A stretch of 64,000 nucleotides of DNA from positions 58,094,001-58,158,000 of the forward strand of contig OZ320313.1 of the NCBI GenBank assembly GCA_976226885.1. Reading direction: 5' to 3'. The translations under genes and the position numbers were made by a program. The DNA comes from Iphione sp. A-MEVVRFRX5 (lineage: Eukaryota). Positions 51,972-64,000 of the stretch are shown here, in pieces (the stretch's first letter is position 1; every line of letters begins with the position of its first letter). Below the pieces are notes generated by a model that was not told the origin of the DNA, made no database searches, and saw nothing but the letters and a program-made list of their open reading frames with translations.

Positions 51972-51985
51972 GCACCCTCTGGTGG
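51972..51985 (-). promoter_or_regulatory. CTCF-like motif in a GC-rich island
   Basis: The minus strand reads GGCCACCAGAGGGTGCC versus the consensus CCASYAGRKGGCRS. A YY1-like AAGATGGCCGC lies ~20 bp away. Confidence 0.35.
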
Positions 51986-52318
51986 CCAATGTTTCTAATA
52001 TGCGTTGATCAAACAGGCACCCCCGCCGCCTCCGTCGATCGGCGGATCAAAGAGGACAAGCATGGGGTCCAGAAATATCGCTAATCAATCCACATTTTCA
52101 CTCGCAAATGATGTAAGCTACACAAAGGTCGAGTATTAGGAGATTGATTCCTGCCATGATGTCTTCTCTCGACGTGATAGGACTATGCTGGTGTGCCGAT
52201 TATTTCCAGTAAGATCTCATGCTCTCTTTTTACAGAGATCAGTAAGTACTACCCTAAGCGATTTTTTTTCACTTGCTCGCACTATCATAGAGGGCTAGGT
52301 CTTTGCATTGAGTCGTGT

Positions 52319-52361
<43 letters not shown>
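52319..52361. repeat. Compound (AC)n(AT)n microsatellite
   Basis: Read directly from sequence. Confidence 0.95.
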
Positions 52362-52364
<3 letters not shown>

Positions 52365-55300
52365 GCTCCATGTACAATGTAGCCTTGAAAGGAGGAGGGA
52401 TATATGCGGCTTCATCTTTGTACTTTCCTATTAAGAATTGGTTACCTGTGCTACCTTGATGTTCTTGAATGTGTCGAGTAATATGTCCATGAAAGGCAGG
52501 TTCTTATTTTCCCAGGGCACGACCACTCGCTTCCAACTCAACCCGGAATTTCCCAGCAATTATGCAACTCCACGTTAAAATGCTGGGGAAAACAAATTTG
52601 CATTTAACTGACACCGTATTATAGATATATGTAGAATAAAATTAATATGCCGCATATTAATTTGCAGGTAAATATGTCAAACAAGTACACGTATATAAGT
52701 TAACTAATCTCAAATATCAAAGAAACATATCAGCCGCTTTTATGGGAAATAAGTTCAGAAAAAAATTGCCTTATCGTCATTTCCATATTATATGCTGAGA
52801 GTGCCTGGATCAAGTTATGAAAAGTCAACAGATGGGCATTTTATGAGCCATCTATTCAATTCATACCTATTTAAAAAGACTCATTTAGTTCAGAATTAAT
52901 ATGTGAAAGTTTACAGTAATAAACTATATGAATATACATACAAGTAAATATCATATTATGACCGTCAGGATCATAAATGATCCATAAAAAGTGTCAATAT
53001 GTGGATATCCATCAACATGGTTGTGGAGAATTTGCTCAGTCGTAAGACTGCTGGCCGCCAGTGGTCCACTGATCTGGAGGCTTTAAGTTGCAACCCTGGA
53101 CTTCGGACTCTTGATCATGACCAGACAGATTTTTGTACCAGTAACCAAACCTGGTTCACAACTTATCAGACATTTATACATTTTGAAAAGGAAATCCAGA
53201 AATTCATTCAGAAACACAGTTAGGGACAGCCCAGAGTATTCTGGTCTCATTATTCTCAGTAATAGATCATAGTACACTATCCTAGGATGCATGGACCAGC
53301 AGCTGAGAAGAGGACTAGAATGTTCTTTGCTTAAGATACGAAAAGAAATCAAAACCGTTCAAGCAGAAACATTGAGGATTATACGAGAGGGAATATAAAA
53401 CAATTTGTTATTGCTGTAATACTCTTCCTTGGAACCATTGCACATACAGCAATTTTCTGCAGTAATCCTATCAAGGGGGTTAGGGGCATTTTGAGTGGGG
53501 TTCCAGAAAGGTTCCCATGTTTGGAGTAACAAAGGAATTGGCAGTACATGTAATGCCAGCTGTTTTCTTTTATTGGGAAACTATCAAGAAGTAAGCCTAT
53601 TTAAACTATTGCTGATAAAATCCTTCTTTCTATGGCCCGCCTATACAGGTTCTTCTGAAGAATTACTGTTTATAAAATGTTAACATATTAGCAGAGCCAC
53701 CAATAGAGGTCAGTACCAAAATGGGGACTGGATAATACCCATTGTGATCTCATCAGCCACGGTGCCTCAATGTAATGCTTGCTTTTTGAACTAACAGCTC
53801 ACTCTGTAGGCTTCCTCTATGCTGTGAACAATGGATATGTTCAAACGTAATACGAGACATGAAATAATGCTATCATTAGCCAGAGGGTGGCCTGAGTGAT
53901 CCCTGAGGCCACGGTAGTGAACAAGGCGCCTAGCACAGATAGCATTGAAAGCCCTGTCGTGACTCCGCGAAGAAGACAAATGATGATCTAGATCACTATT
54001 AGATCGCACAGTTCGAAGTTTATCAGGTAGCGAGGAAGAACAAAGAATAACGTCCGTAAGGAGTGATTCAATACAGTTTGCATTTGCTCTCATCGACATA
54101 ATTATGGGCCTCTCTCTGAAAATGTTGAAACCGATGCAAGGAGGCCTACTAAAGCGAGGCATATCGATAACCCTTCAACTATGTCTCTATGCGTTTTGTC
54201 TCTGCAGTACGAATATCTGGCAATTCTTATTTTCTGATCCTATGTATTGTTTCCAAGGAATGTCACGGAATGGACAAAACGCATTTTTTTTGGCCTTGTC
54301 AATTCCACACGAAATTCGTGATTATATACAGTATAAACAGAGGAAACCAATCAATGTTTCCAATTTGCATACATCCCATATAAGGTTTGATTGATAACAC
54401 CGGCCACCTTCGTGCTCATGTATATACTTAGGGCTTCCTGTGCTCTGTTAGCTTACGGCTTAGGCACCAGGACCCGACAGCCATCCGTTGGCATCGATAT
54501 TAGCGAATCGATAGAAATATGTCGCCGCATACTTTTGGACGAGGTCAACATGTTGTCCTTTCATCAATCCATGAGAAGCCAGTTTTCATAGAATTTCGCT
54601 TAGATCGTTTAGAATACGGGTTTGCAAACTTGCTAATTGGCTCTTTTACCGGAGATTCTTTACACCCATGATGGACGAATTCTGTGGGCATAACGTTCAA
54701 ACATGATGAATGGAGCTTCGCCTATGGCTGACGCATGCCGAGAATGGCTTTTCAAGTTTTAATATGTCCCATATATCAAAATATAAGATGATATCCGTCA
54801 TCGATCACACACTAGGTGCGTTTATCGCCATATCATAAAAATGGAACATCACATCATTTATTGCCTATTTCCCCTGGAATATTTCGTCTTCTTTTTTATC
54901 TTTTGTGGAAAAAACTTTCATTCCATGTGTGTAAAATGAAATTCAGGAAATGCCTGGATACGACTCAGGTAGAACTATTGCGTGTAATTAGGTGGAGGGT
55001 TTTGTAGATGGTGGCACGTACTGGTGTTGAGGGCCATCGGACGAGCTCGACTGCACGCAGCACGTGCTGTTGCGGCCACCCACTCAGCTGCCACGCGGGT
55101 GTGGGTCGATGGGGGAATCAATCTGGCTCTGCACTGACGACATGGCCGACCCATCGACCCTGGAAGTACTCCAGGTGGGTGGTTGGGCGGGCACACCGCC
55201 AGGTAAGTCAAGAGATTGCCACTCAGCGTGAACCTGCAGGGAGGATACTTCCCTCGAGGGTCTGTCTCGACAGGAACGATACCACCACTGGTTACTACTA

Positions 55301-58300
55301 CATGTAAATGGAGCCAGATGCAGACCGTTAGGAACGATTGACCAGACGTCAGACTTCAGCTAGGGCGGATTTAGCAGCTATTAGATATATTAAATTGGAG
55401 ATTTCACGAAGGCAATTAACAATAGGCGAATATAGATTAAAGTATCCGTTCTAGTACTTCTATTGAGAGAAACTTTTACATGTATTCGTGATAATGGGGA
55501 AACAATAACGAACCTATCCAAAGGTTATCCACTTTGGTTCACAAGGCACGAACCAAAGCATGCAGTCTCTGTATCACTTGCTAGTTGAATCACTAATCAC
55601 CGGTCACGAGCAATATATCGAGAAAATAGGTGTATTTGCTGTAATTGTAAAAGCGACACTCTAGTCAGTCAACACAGTTTGACCTATACATGCACAGCAA
55701 GACTACAGGTGCAATTTGAAAAAAGACAATTGCCTTCAATACACAGGAATCATGGGCCATTAAGATAGATATTGCAAATAGTGTCTCCTTACAGACATGT
55801 TATATGTAATCCACACTTCAATATAAATCCTTACGTTTCCGTCCTTCTATTAATTTATCGCCTTTACCGGCTTTTTTTCAACTCGTGAGTTGTGCTAGGA
55901 AGCGACACGCCAGTGCCATCTGGCAAATCCCATGTTCTCCCGGGGAACAGTAAATGCTTTGATTCGATAGTTAGAGGCGTGAGATAACATCAGTGCCCGT
56001 CGGCAGATACACTTCATCAGTCGGTATACATCGATTTATCGACGAAACCATCGTTATTTGTTTTATGCAACGCGGCGACTCTTCGTATCAGATACATATC
56101 CATGCGCAGTCTCTGGGCTACAGCAGATCTCCTTCCAGCATGTGTAATTTTAGAAGCGAAGTTCTAGGTTGAGGACACAGCAAATACCTGTATCCCGTGT
56201 CCCGTCCCGCCCTTTGACATAAATATAAATTAAGATGAAAATAATTACCCGTGCTCATGGACATAACAGTACGCTTAAAGGTGAAGTTGAAGAATCTAGA
56301 TACTGCAGTGACATTGGCAGTCGTTTAATGAAAAAGATTTTAGACCAGGACCGAGAGACAGCTTTTAATGTCGATCTTCTACGTACGCACGTACATGTAT
56401 TTAATGAAATCAGCTAAGTTTATTTCAAATATAGCGTATAGTGTAAAAAACGTGATTGTTTTGAACGTTACAGTGGTCTACATCTGGCCAAGGACGGTGT
56501 TCAACACGAACGCATAAAAAAAGAGTAACTTCGATGATATACGACCAATTCCACGGAAAGTATTCAAATGCGAAGTTGTAAACTTTGAAGTATAGGGAGT
56601 CGTCATACAATGCTGCTCCTGGCGCATAAGGTCAACGACCAACTGTTCGTGAGTAGCTTCTATTTGATTTGTTTCTCTTTAATGCCGAATCGCTATCTAG
56701 AGTCGACATTTCACGGTCGTGTTGGCAGCGCAGCTGTGAGTCTGTCTGGCTCGCTCATCTTTCATGCCTAGTTGACTGTGCCTGCTCGTCCATGTGCCCG
56801 AGATAAGAAACATTAAATAGATCCACTCTCGAACAATCTATGTCGAAGTGAAGTGATCACTCAGGAATATCCCTTTATTTTTTATCACTTTTAAGTACTT
56901 CAAAATACGCCGATCGTTAGATCTGAGTTTGCGGGACCATAAATCAACGTTCACTCGAACAGAGATCAGCGTCCAAGTACCTCAGTAGTGTAGCTGGGCA
57001 ATAAACTAGTAACCTTTAACCACATTTTATTTTATTGCCTTACTTAATAACTAAGGTCCTTTACCCCTTAATGTATCTATTAAGGCGAATGTAAATTTTC
57101 CACATAAACGGTAGAACCTTGATTGTGGCCGAGTCAGCTGAACCAAATCGGTACAAAAACGCAATTTGATATTCGATGTATAGGTAAACGGCTCAGCTCT
57201 ACCGGCCAGTTTAGTGTTCTGTTTCTGACACAAACACATCGTTATATATGTTTATGTATACATAACATAGGTTTCTCAGTTGTATGTATATAACAGGAAT
57301 ATACAGGAGTATTTAGTAGTATAGACGAGGGGAAAACAGTGTTCTACAATAGTTCCTATACTTGTTAACTGGAGCGCGCTTTTATTTGGTTGTTATTACG
57401 CCAAGCAGTGTAGAGAAACGTATGTTATAAAAAAGATATTTGATGACACACCTACAATGTCATAGTAGATCACTTTCAGCGCCGACACGTTAGTGAACGA
57501 AATTGTTTTAAAATCCACAAAATGGCAGGGAAAACGAGAGTAGTTTTAGAGTAAAAAAATAAATTTAAATCGACCCTATTGATACCATCTCATTAGCAAC
57601 GTTTCACACTCTTTAGTTCAGATTTACACAGAGGTTTGCACCAAACATTCGATGGACCCCACCCATACATTCAGCCTGGACTGATGTGCGTATAAGGTGA
57701 CACTACTCTACTACACAGAGAAATTTTCCCTTGATGTTTTTTTTCGCACGTACTTGTACTTTGAACGGTTAATGCATGTTACTGAATGGGACAAAGGACT
57801 GGTTTTGTACAGGTGTTTTTGCATTAACATTGTGTTCACATTGCAATGAGCTAATCCAATCAGTGGCTTTTCCTGTATACTCATGCACGGGAGTGTCAAT
57901 TTGCTTGCATTTCGCTAGCCTGAGCGCATTTCCTGCCATACCGAATTAGCAGTGGATTTGACGAGTAAAACCCAGCTTGTGGCAAACTGATGGTCAGCAG
58001 CAAAAATGAAGAGTAAAAACCTGATTAATGGCAAATTTGATATGTAAACTAGGCCACATGCAAATTAGGTACATTTTTACATGATCTATCATATGTGCGC
58101 ACATATTCTTGTCCACCACAAAGGCAATCTGCTCTCTCATGCTTGTACATTTGGATATGTTTGCATTGAAATTATGAGCATCGTGAACAATGCAAATGCA
58201 ACATAAACCCTCAAATGTACAACCGGTACCCAAACATCTCCATTGTCTATCATATATTGGTAAGAAAATGCAACATAATAAAACGAGTAAGAAACCGACC

Positions 58301-61300
58301 GTAAGGAATATAACACATTTGCAAATCAATACGGTAACTAAAAACTGACACTGAAAAATGGAAGTCGCTTTCTCAAACACTAAGCTAAAAGACGTTAATC
58401 TGGTGGGTACATGTGACATCAGTCGGCGGGGTATATAACAGACGCCAATGCTTCTTTAAGATGATGTCGCTGTTGATCTGAACATGGGAATTTACATTCG
58501 ATTTCTTGTCGGACGTTTCTGCTCAGTATCTTCACAACTGTACTGTTGGATACATTAAATGTACATCAGATATCAATGAAGCAATAAACAATGCCTATCA
58601 CTGGGTGTTTCCCTTGGTTTTAATAGGGCCTCTCCACCACAGGAGGTACTGTCGAGTGGTTTTTGAGTCCAGCAGATGTCTAATCTATGACATCGAACTC
58701 TGCATAGAGATTCTGTTATCGATACGGCCTATGTATGATGCGGAGGGCACGGCGCCAGGAAGAGGCCGTCACCGACGACTGGCGCCTTACCTGCCCCCAA
58801 TGAGCCCACGCCGGGCAGTGTTCACAAGACAGACCGCGACTCATGCAGCCGAGAAGTTACGACTGGCGATAGCTCAGATGAGGCTGCTCTACTGGATCGT
58901 AAAACAGACTCTTTTAAGGGCAGGCCTGCCAGGGTTCAACTGTTCTGGGCCAACAAAACAGATAGGACCCCCAGCAACTCCATCGGTTCGCCCTGCCACT
59001 CTCCAACAGGCTCAAACGCTGCGCCCCCGCGGCTGCCTAGCGTGACAGTATGACTAGGTGGTGAGCACAACTTGCCGCATTCCAGCTTTCTTTTCCATCT
59101 CTCTTGGAGGCTGGTGGTTTTTACTGGGTGTGGTAAAATCTCCCCAGACTGATCGCATCTCGGCAGGAGGAAGGTGGAGAAGCTTGTTGGAAGCCTATAC
59201 GCTTTGAACACTGCACTGGGTCTCCGGGTACCATCCCTCGCCTTTACAGTTAAGAAGACCACAGGTACATTGTACCACTGTGTAACCGGATAGGTCGCAT
59301 GAAAATAACTTCAAACGAGTGCTGCCCTAAGGCTGTGTTATTAAGCACCAGGCGTGTTTTGCTTTATTTAATGGGCGGCAGACCTCGTGTAATACGCAGA
59401 TAACCAAGCCATCCGTTGGCAATCAACAGTCCGCATTGCATGAAGCCCTCTGCGGGAGACCCCTGGCCTCACATGACCAAGGTCTTGTTGTAAAAAGAAT
59501 CTCCGATAGGATCGTGTCAGGCTGTCATGGAGCGCCGGTCACGGTACGAAACTAGCGGCGGCTATCGATCTGGATTCCCGTCCCCTCTGGCGGGCAGGAG
59601 GTGGTATAGAACCGGCGGAAGGGAGGAATCAAGCCAAGCGCGCGGCGCTAGAGAAAGCAAGAAGCCCTGCTTAATGATGGCGGCGCACCCTTAGCGACAA
59701 GCAGCACAAAGAGGAACAAACAGTCTATAGGACCAAGAGCTATTCTGGAGTCCTGCCACTGCAGCAGGCTGTGATGCTATACAATGAGGGAGAAATTTAT
59801 TTCCAAAGTCTCTTTCTTTCTCAAGCACCCTGTGCCTCCGGGGCAAGGGTGAGGGGGGAGGGGGGCGTTGCTCTTTATCCGTATTGCACAGGAACGTGTC
59901 ATTATGTGTATCACTACCGACCTACTTCCAACCAATGCTTTCATCTACACCGTATCACGCAATTATCTCTCCCTAAATTGCTCGACATTGTCCACCTCAA
60001 TGACTTTATGATGGCGGTTTGATTAGCCGGCGGTAAGCCTAACACAAGCGGATCATTAAGTTGGCGGTTATTATTATATTTGAGTTCTTATCAGTCCTGG
60101 GCTGCTCGAGGTACAATCTCCCATCGTTTACTCTGATTGAGCCGAGGATAGCCGCGCAAGTATGTGATACTTGTCAAAGGGAATATAATATGTCAACCAG
60201 AATAAGGAGTGCGCCTCACAAGAATTAACATGTGCATGCAAACGTCAGACTTTGTCGATGGTAGCAGTTGAGACAAGGCCTATGTAGGAATATTGATCTA
60301 TTTAGGGAAGAGGCGGTCCCAGCTGGCGGTTGGTAGGCAGTGTACTAATTAAATGAACATCCCAGTCGAAAAACAATTATAGGCTAATTTGTAAATACTC
60401 ATTTATTTTTCAGATTAATACAGATAGTGCTATTTTATTCCAAACTAGTTCTCTGTTAACCACACACAATTCCGGAGATGCCTAATCTGCTAAAAACAAA
60501 CATAATACCAAACTGTTTTGCTTCCGAGTAGGAGTACATCAAATGATGTATTTTCATCCCCACAAAGAGATTCAAATCGGATATATTGAAATATTTACTA
60601 CACCTGAAAATAAGCTCTCGAGATACGGTGATCTTTTAGAAATATGTACATATAATATTTAAACGCATATATGTACTTGTATCCGTATACACCTATATAC
60701 ATGTATTTCAGTTCGTATTACATTTTGCCGAAGCACACTGATAGCCAGGGTAATGCAATCTGTTCGAAGGTAACTACGGAAGCAGAGGTCTTCGATGGAG
60801 AATAATTACCACAATTATGATTTTTTCAGGACCTAATTAAGTAGATAGATCTAAAGAATGAAGACAGATCTACAAAGGCCGGTTCACAAGAAGAAAGGAA
60901 ATGAGAGACAGGGTTGGGAAAATGTTACCCGAATGTGTGAACGTTCTGTACGGCTGGGGGATGTGCTGGCGAAGGACTCGTCCCTGCCGAGCCCAACGGA
61001 AAACAGGGAACATGGCGCGGCCAACCGAATTGATCCTGAAGATCAAAGAAGGTCTGCAGGTGGGAATTGTAGGAAGGCTAGCACGCTCCGCGCTCCTCCT
61101 GGCAGGAATTAAGGAGCGCGGAGAGGCTTAGCGAAGCTTCGATGGGGTTGTGTGGCCAAGGTATATGTGTGTGGGCGTAGGTGAGGGTTGTGTGGTTGTC
61201 TGTCTGGCCGCGCGTGTGTATGTATATTGGTGGGTTCCCCCCACGAGCAATCATTTGGCCCCACTACTAACATTAACGTAGAAGTGTGTGTGTGTGCGTG

Positions 61301-62575
61301 GGGGGGGCGGCAACCCGGAAGCATAAGTAGTTCATAGAAAGCCGTTTTTGCTGCAGGTTTTATGTATCTGGCATTCGTTGCTGCCACTTCTTTTTGCTAT
61401 TGGCAAAGAAAGCGACTCTGAACGGCTACAAGATAATTTATCACTTCCCCATGTTGTAATATATGGATCATGTCATATGACAATTCAGTGCTCGTAAAAA
61501 GGATAAAAACGGCTGTCAGACACTGCTATTGAGTATTACAAGGTTCAGTCGATCGCAAAAGTAGACACCCAAGCTCCGTGGGCATTTCGAAGCACGCATA
61601 TACTCTACGTCCAAAAATAAGGTATCCTGTTTGTTGCCTGCTTAGGTGTGGCAACCTGTATCAACATCCGACTCTGGGGTAGAATGGCATGGGTTCTTAA
61701 AGTATGCTTATAATGATGGAGATCAATACCATTGGTAGTGCCACACAAAGCTTATTGATGGATTCTAACGACTTTTAGCAACTCGAAAAAGAGGGAGGTA
61801 GAAAGGACAGGTAAATATGGTAATGAGATCGATGCAACTTCAAAATACAGCAGAAACCCACTTAACAACCAACCCAGATGGCAGATCAAACCAAAGTAGA
61901 ACAATAGTGCTAATAGAAGTATATTATACACTACACGTAGAGGTCGGGAACAGCAGTAGATCCGACTTGGTGATCACATACATGCAGCTGTTAATGCCGC
62001 TATCGTGGTGACCATTGCCTTAGCATCTCCGTTGAGACGGAGAATTGTTCGCGGTTCGACCGCGCAACCAGAAATTCCTTTACTGCCGGTCTCTGAGAGG
62101 AGCCCGCCTTTCTTGATGGAGAGAACACGTTTGCCGGCCCGACCCATTTCTTAATCCTTCGCCATGGGAAACGGAGAGGGATGGGGTCTTGTCTGGGGCT
62201 CCCTGACCTTGATGCCAAGTCACACGATTTCAGCCCCAGCCTTCCACTGATTCAAGCACGCACGGCCAACAATATCAAAACATGCAAATGTAACCGTGCC
62301 CTACGTTTGGCTGCCTTCAAAAACCTTTTAACGCGCTTTAAAAGTCATCGGGAACCATTGCCACATTTGTTTCGCCAACCACTTTTCATCAGCTTTCTTG
62401 AGGAGAAATGAAAAAATAGACATTAAAGACATTCCACTTTATTTGAGTAACACGGAGTGAGGAAAATATTTCATTTAATACCAGTTCTGTTTCGTGTAGC
62501 TGTAAGGCAACATACTGGATTCACGTAGGTTTCCATACAAATCTGAATGGCCGTAATATAAATTCTGAATATATT

Positions 62576-62900
62576 AAAAAGAATGTTATAGTCAAAGGTA
62601 CCGATGAGCTTATTCACTATTCAGCAGGATTCAGTATCTGTAAGGACATCCTTGTGGTAATTGAGTGTGCAGATGATGGATTGGACAAGAAGGTAATCAA
62701 GGCAGAATTGTAAAAATTGTACGACCGAAGGGGCTCTGCGCAATATTCATGAAGGTGTTTATTAGAAACACGGATCTTTTCTATTGAAGCAACTCGCAGT
62801 AGGGCTTTAAATCACACAGCCTTCATAATCAACGGATTTGCAGGATAAGAAACCCCGGAGAGAAGAATGGATGGAGTATTCAGAGCGAGACGAAAGTTCA
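62576..62900 (+). pseudogene. Possible decayed LINE ORF1 RRM remnant
   Basis: KKNVIVKGTDE...CKDILVVIE resembles the K.N.I..G..E start of the RRM seen in the intact ORF1. Interrupted by stops. Confidence 0.3.
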
Positions 62901-64000
62901 TTATGGCTATTCCTTTAGCTCAAACAAATCTGGTTCCTGCGATAACCAGACTGTAGATAATAGTTTCGGCAAGTAACGTCAATATTGTCTCGAGTTAATT
63001 GTAATGACAGGTCTTTAATTTCTGAATGTTCGTCTATTTATCTCTGCAATTATTAAGACTACATGTATTCACATTAGTACCTATACCCATTGGTGTCTGT
63101 CAGATCCTACTTTTTGGTATCTGTTCTATTTTATCAATGTCATATGGGGTACCTGGATGTCTTTGCTCAAAAATGTTTTCGTTATCCATAATCTATTTAT
63201 CGTTATCATCTTTCTTTGATTACCTCCTGTATTATCTCATTGTCGAGGCCACGTCTCACTATTACGTGCTTATCCCTTTGGAACTCTCTCCCTTCTATCA
63301 CGAAGAATGCTTTTACAGTTGATAGATTAAAACCATTTGTGAGGCATTTGTTATACTAATTCATAGAATCCTGCATTATCAGTAGCTGATTAAACTGCAG
63401 TTACTAGTTCTGATATCCACTGTATTATTATCTCTGTCTTTCAATATGATTCGTATCTCTCTCATAATAACATATTATCACTTGTATTACCTGCAACACT
63501 CAAGTGTATGGCAGCAACTGATATGTTTCTATGTCATCATTTTGCATATTATTTTAATCAATTTCCCACTTTTTTACATTTCACTAGAATACCTCGACTG
63601 TTTCCCTGGAACCAAGAAGTCAAATATCTTGAAACATTAATTATAACGGTGGGGTTATATCCGATAGTAAGCGCTTAGTACATAATGAATGTACTTGAGA
63701 CCACAGTTTGATACTCTCACCTGTGACGACGCTATTTCTGTATACGTTCCCCCTGTAAAAGGAAATCGGTGATATTTTGTCATATCAACTTAGCGTTAGT
63801 CATAAATTCATCTTCTGTAATTTGGTGATGTCGCTAGGTAATCATCATGTCCTTCATCTTTCACACCGAGAGAGGTACTTGTTTGTAAATCTTCTCGGAA
63901 TCACAACAACACTTTTTGATGATTTGTCGGGTTGTTGACTCAATCATGCAGTCCCTGAAAATCCTCATAGATTCGCACCTGCTGACTAACGGTATTCTAT

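Noticed and set aside
53000-53520. Interrupted plus-strand frames with a hydrophobic segment (VIAVILFLGTIAHTAIFC)
   Set aside because: Multiple stops, no recognisable family, and no splice support.
55006-55202. Frame DGGTYWC-TGA-GPSDELDC... ending at a CAG|gtaagt donor, suggesting a selenoprotein or Ig-like exon
   Set aside because: No match to a selenoprotein family motif I know, no SECIS identified, and the rest of an Ig fold is absent; a chance frame in GC-rich DNA is likelier.
58800-58870. PRRAVFTRQ resembling a homeodomain N-terminal arm
   Set aside because: No downstream LEKEF or WFQNRR helix-3 signature.
61086-61131. Helitron 3' end call for the GC hairpin
   Set aside because: The downstream sequence is CTTAG rather than canonical CTRR followed by T, and no 5' end or second copy was seen.

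Overview
Eukaryotic (animal-like, AT-rich, repeat-rich) genomic DNA. I found no rRNA, tRNA or CRISPR array, and most entries in the ORF track are chance or antisense shadow ORFs. The dominant feature is a young, apparently full-length ~7.2 kb non-LTR retrotransposon (CR1/L2-group LINE, + strand, ~40818-48018) with an unusual cargo. Its ORF1 (coiled coil + L1-type RRM/CTD) is fused at the C-terminus to a complete NADAR (YbiA-like) domain. Twelve nt after the ORF1 stop, in the same frame, a separate SGNH/GDSL esterase ORF begins. A 755-nt spacer follows, then an APE-endonuclease/RT ORF2 broken only by one in-frame TAG at the endonuclease/RT boundary, then a 3' stem-loop, AATAAA, poly(A) and a probable ATAGG target-site duplication. 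The rest of the window holds several older decayed LINE fragments, two MITEs, a dispersed repeat built from tandem subunits, microsatellites, GC-rich islands with CTCF-like motifs, and candidate small coding exons of an unidentified spliced gene on the minus strand (~11.2-33.4 kb, low to moderate confidence). All domain calls come from manual motif recognition, not database searches.
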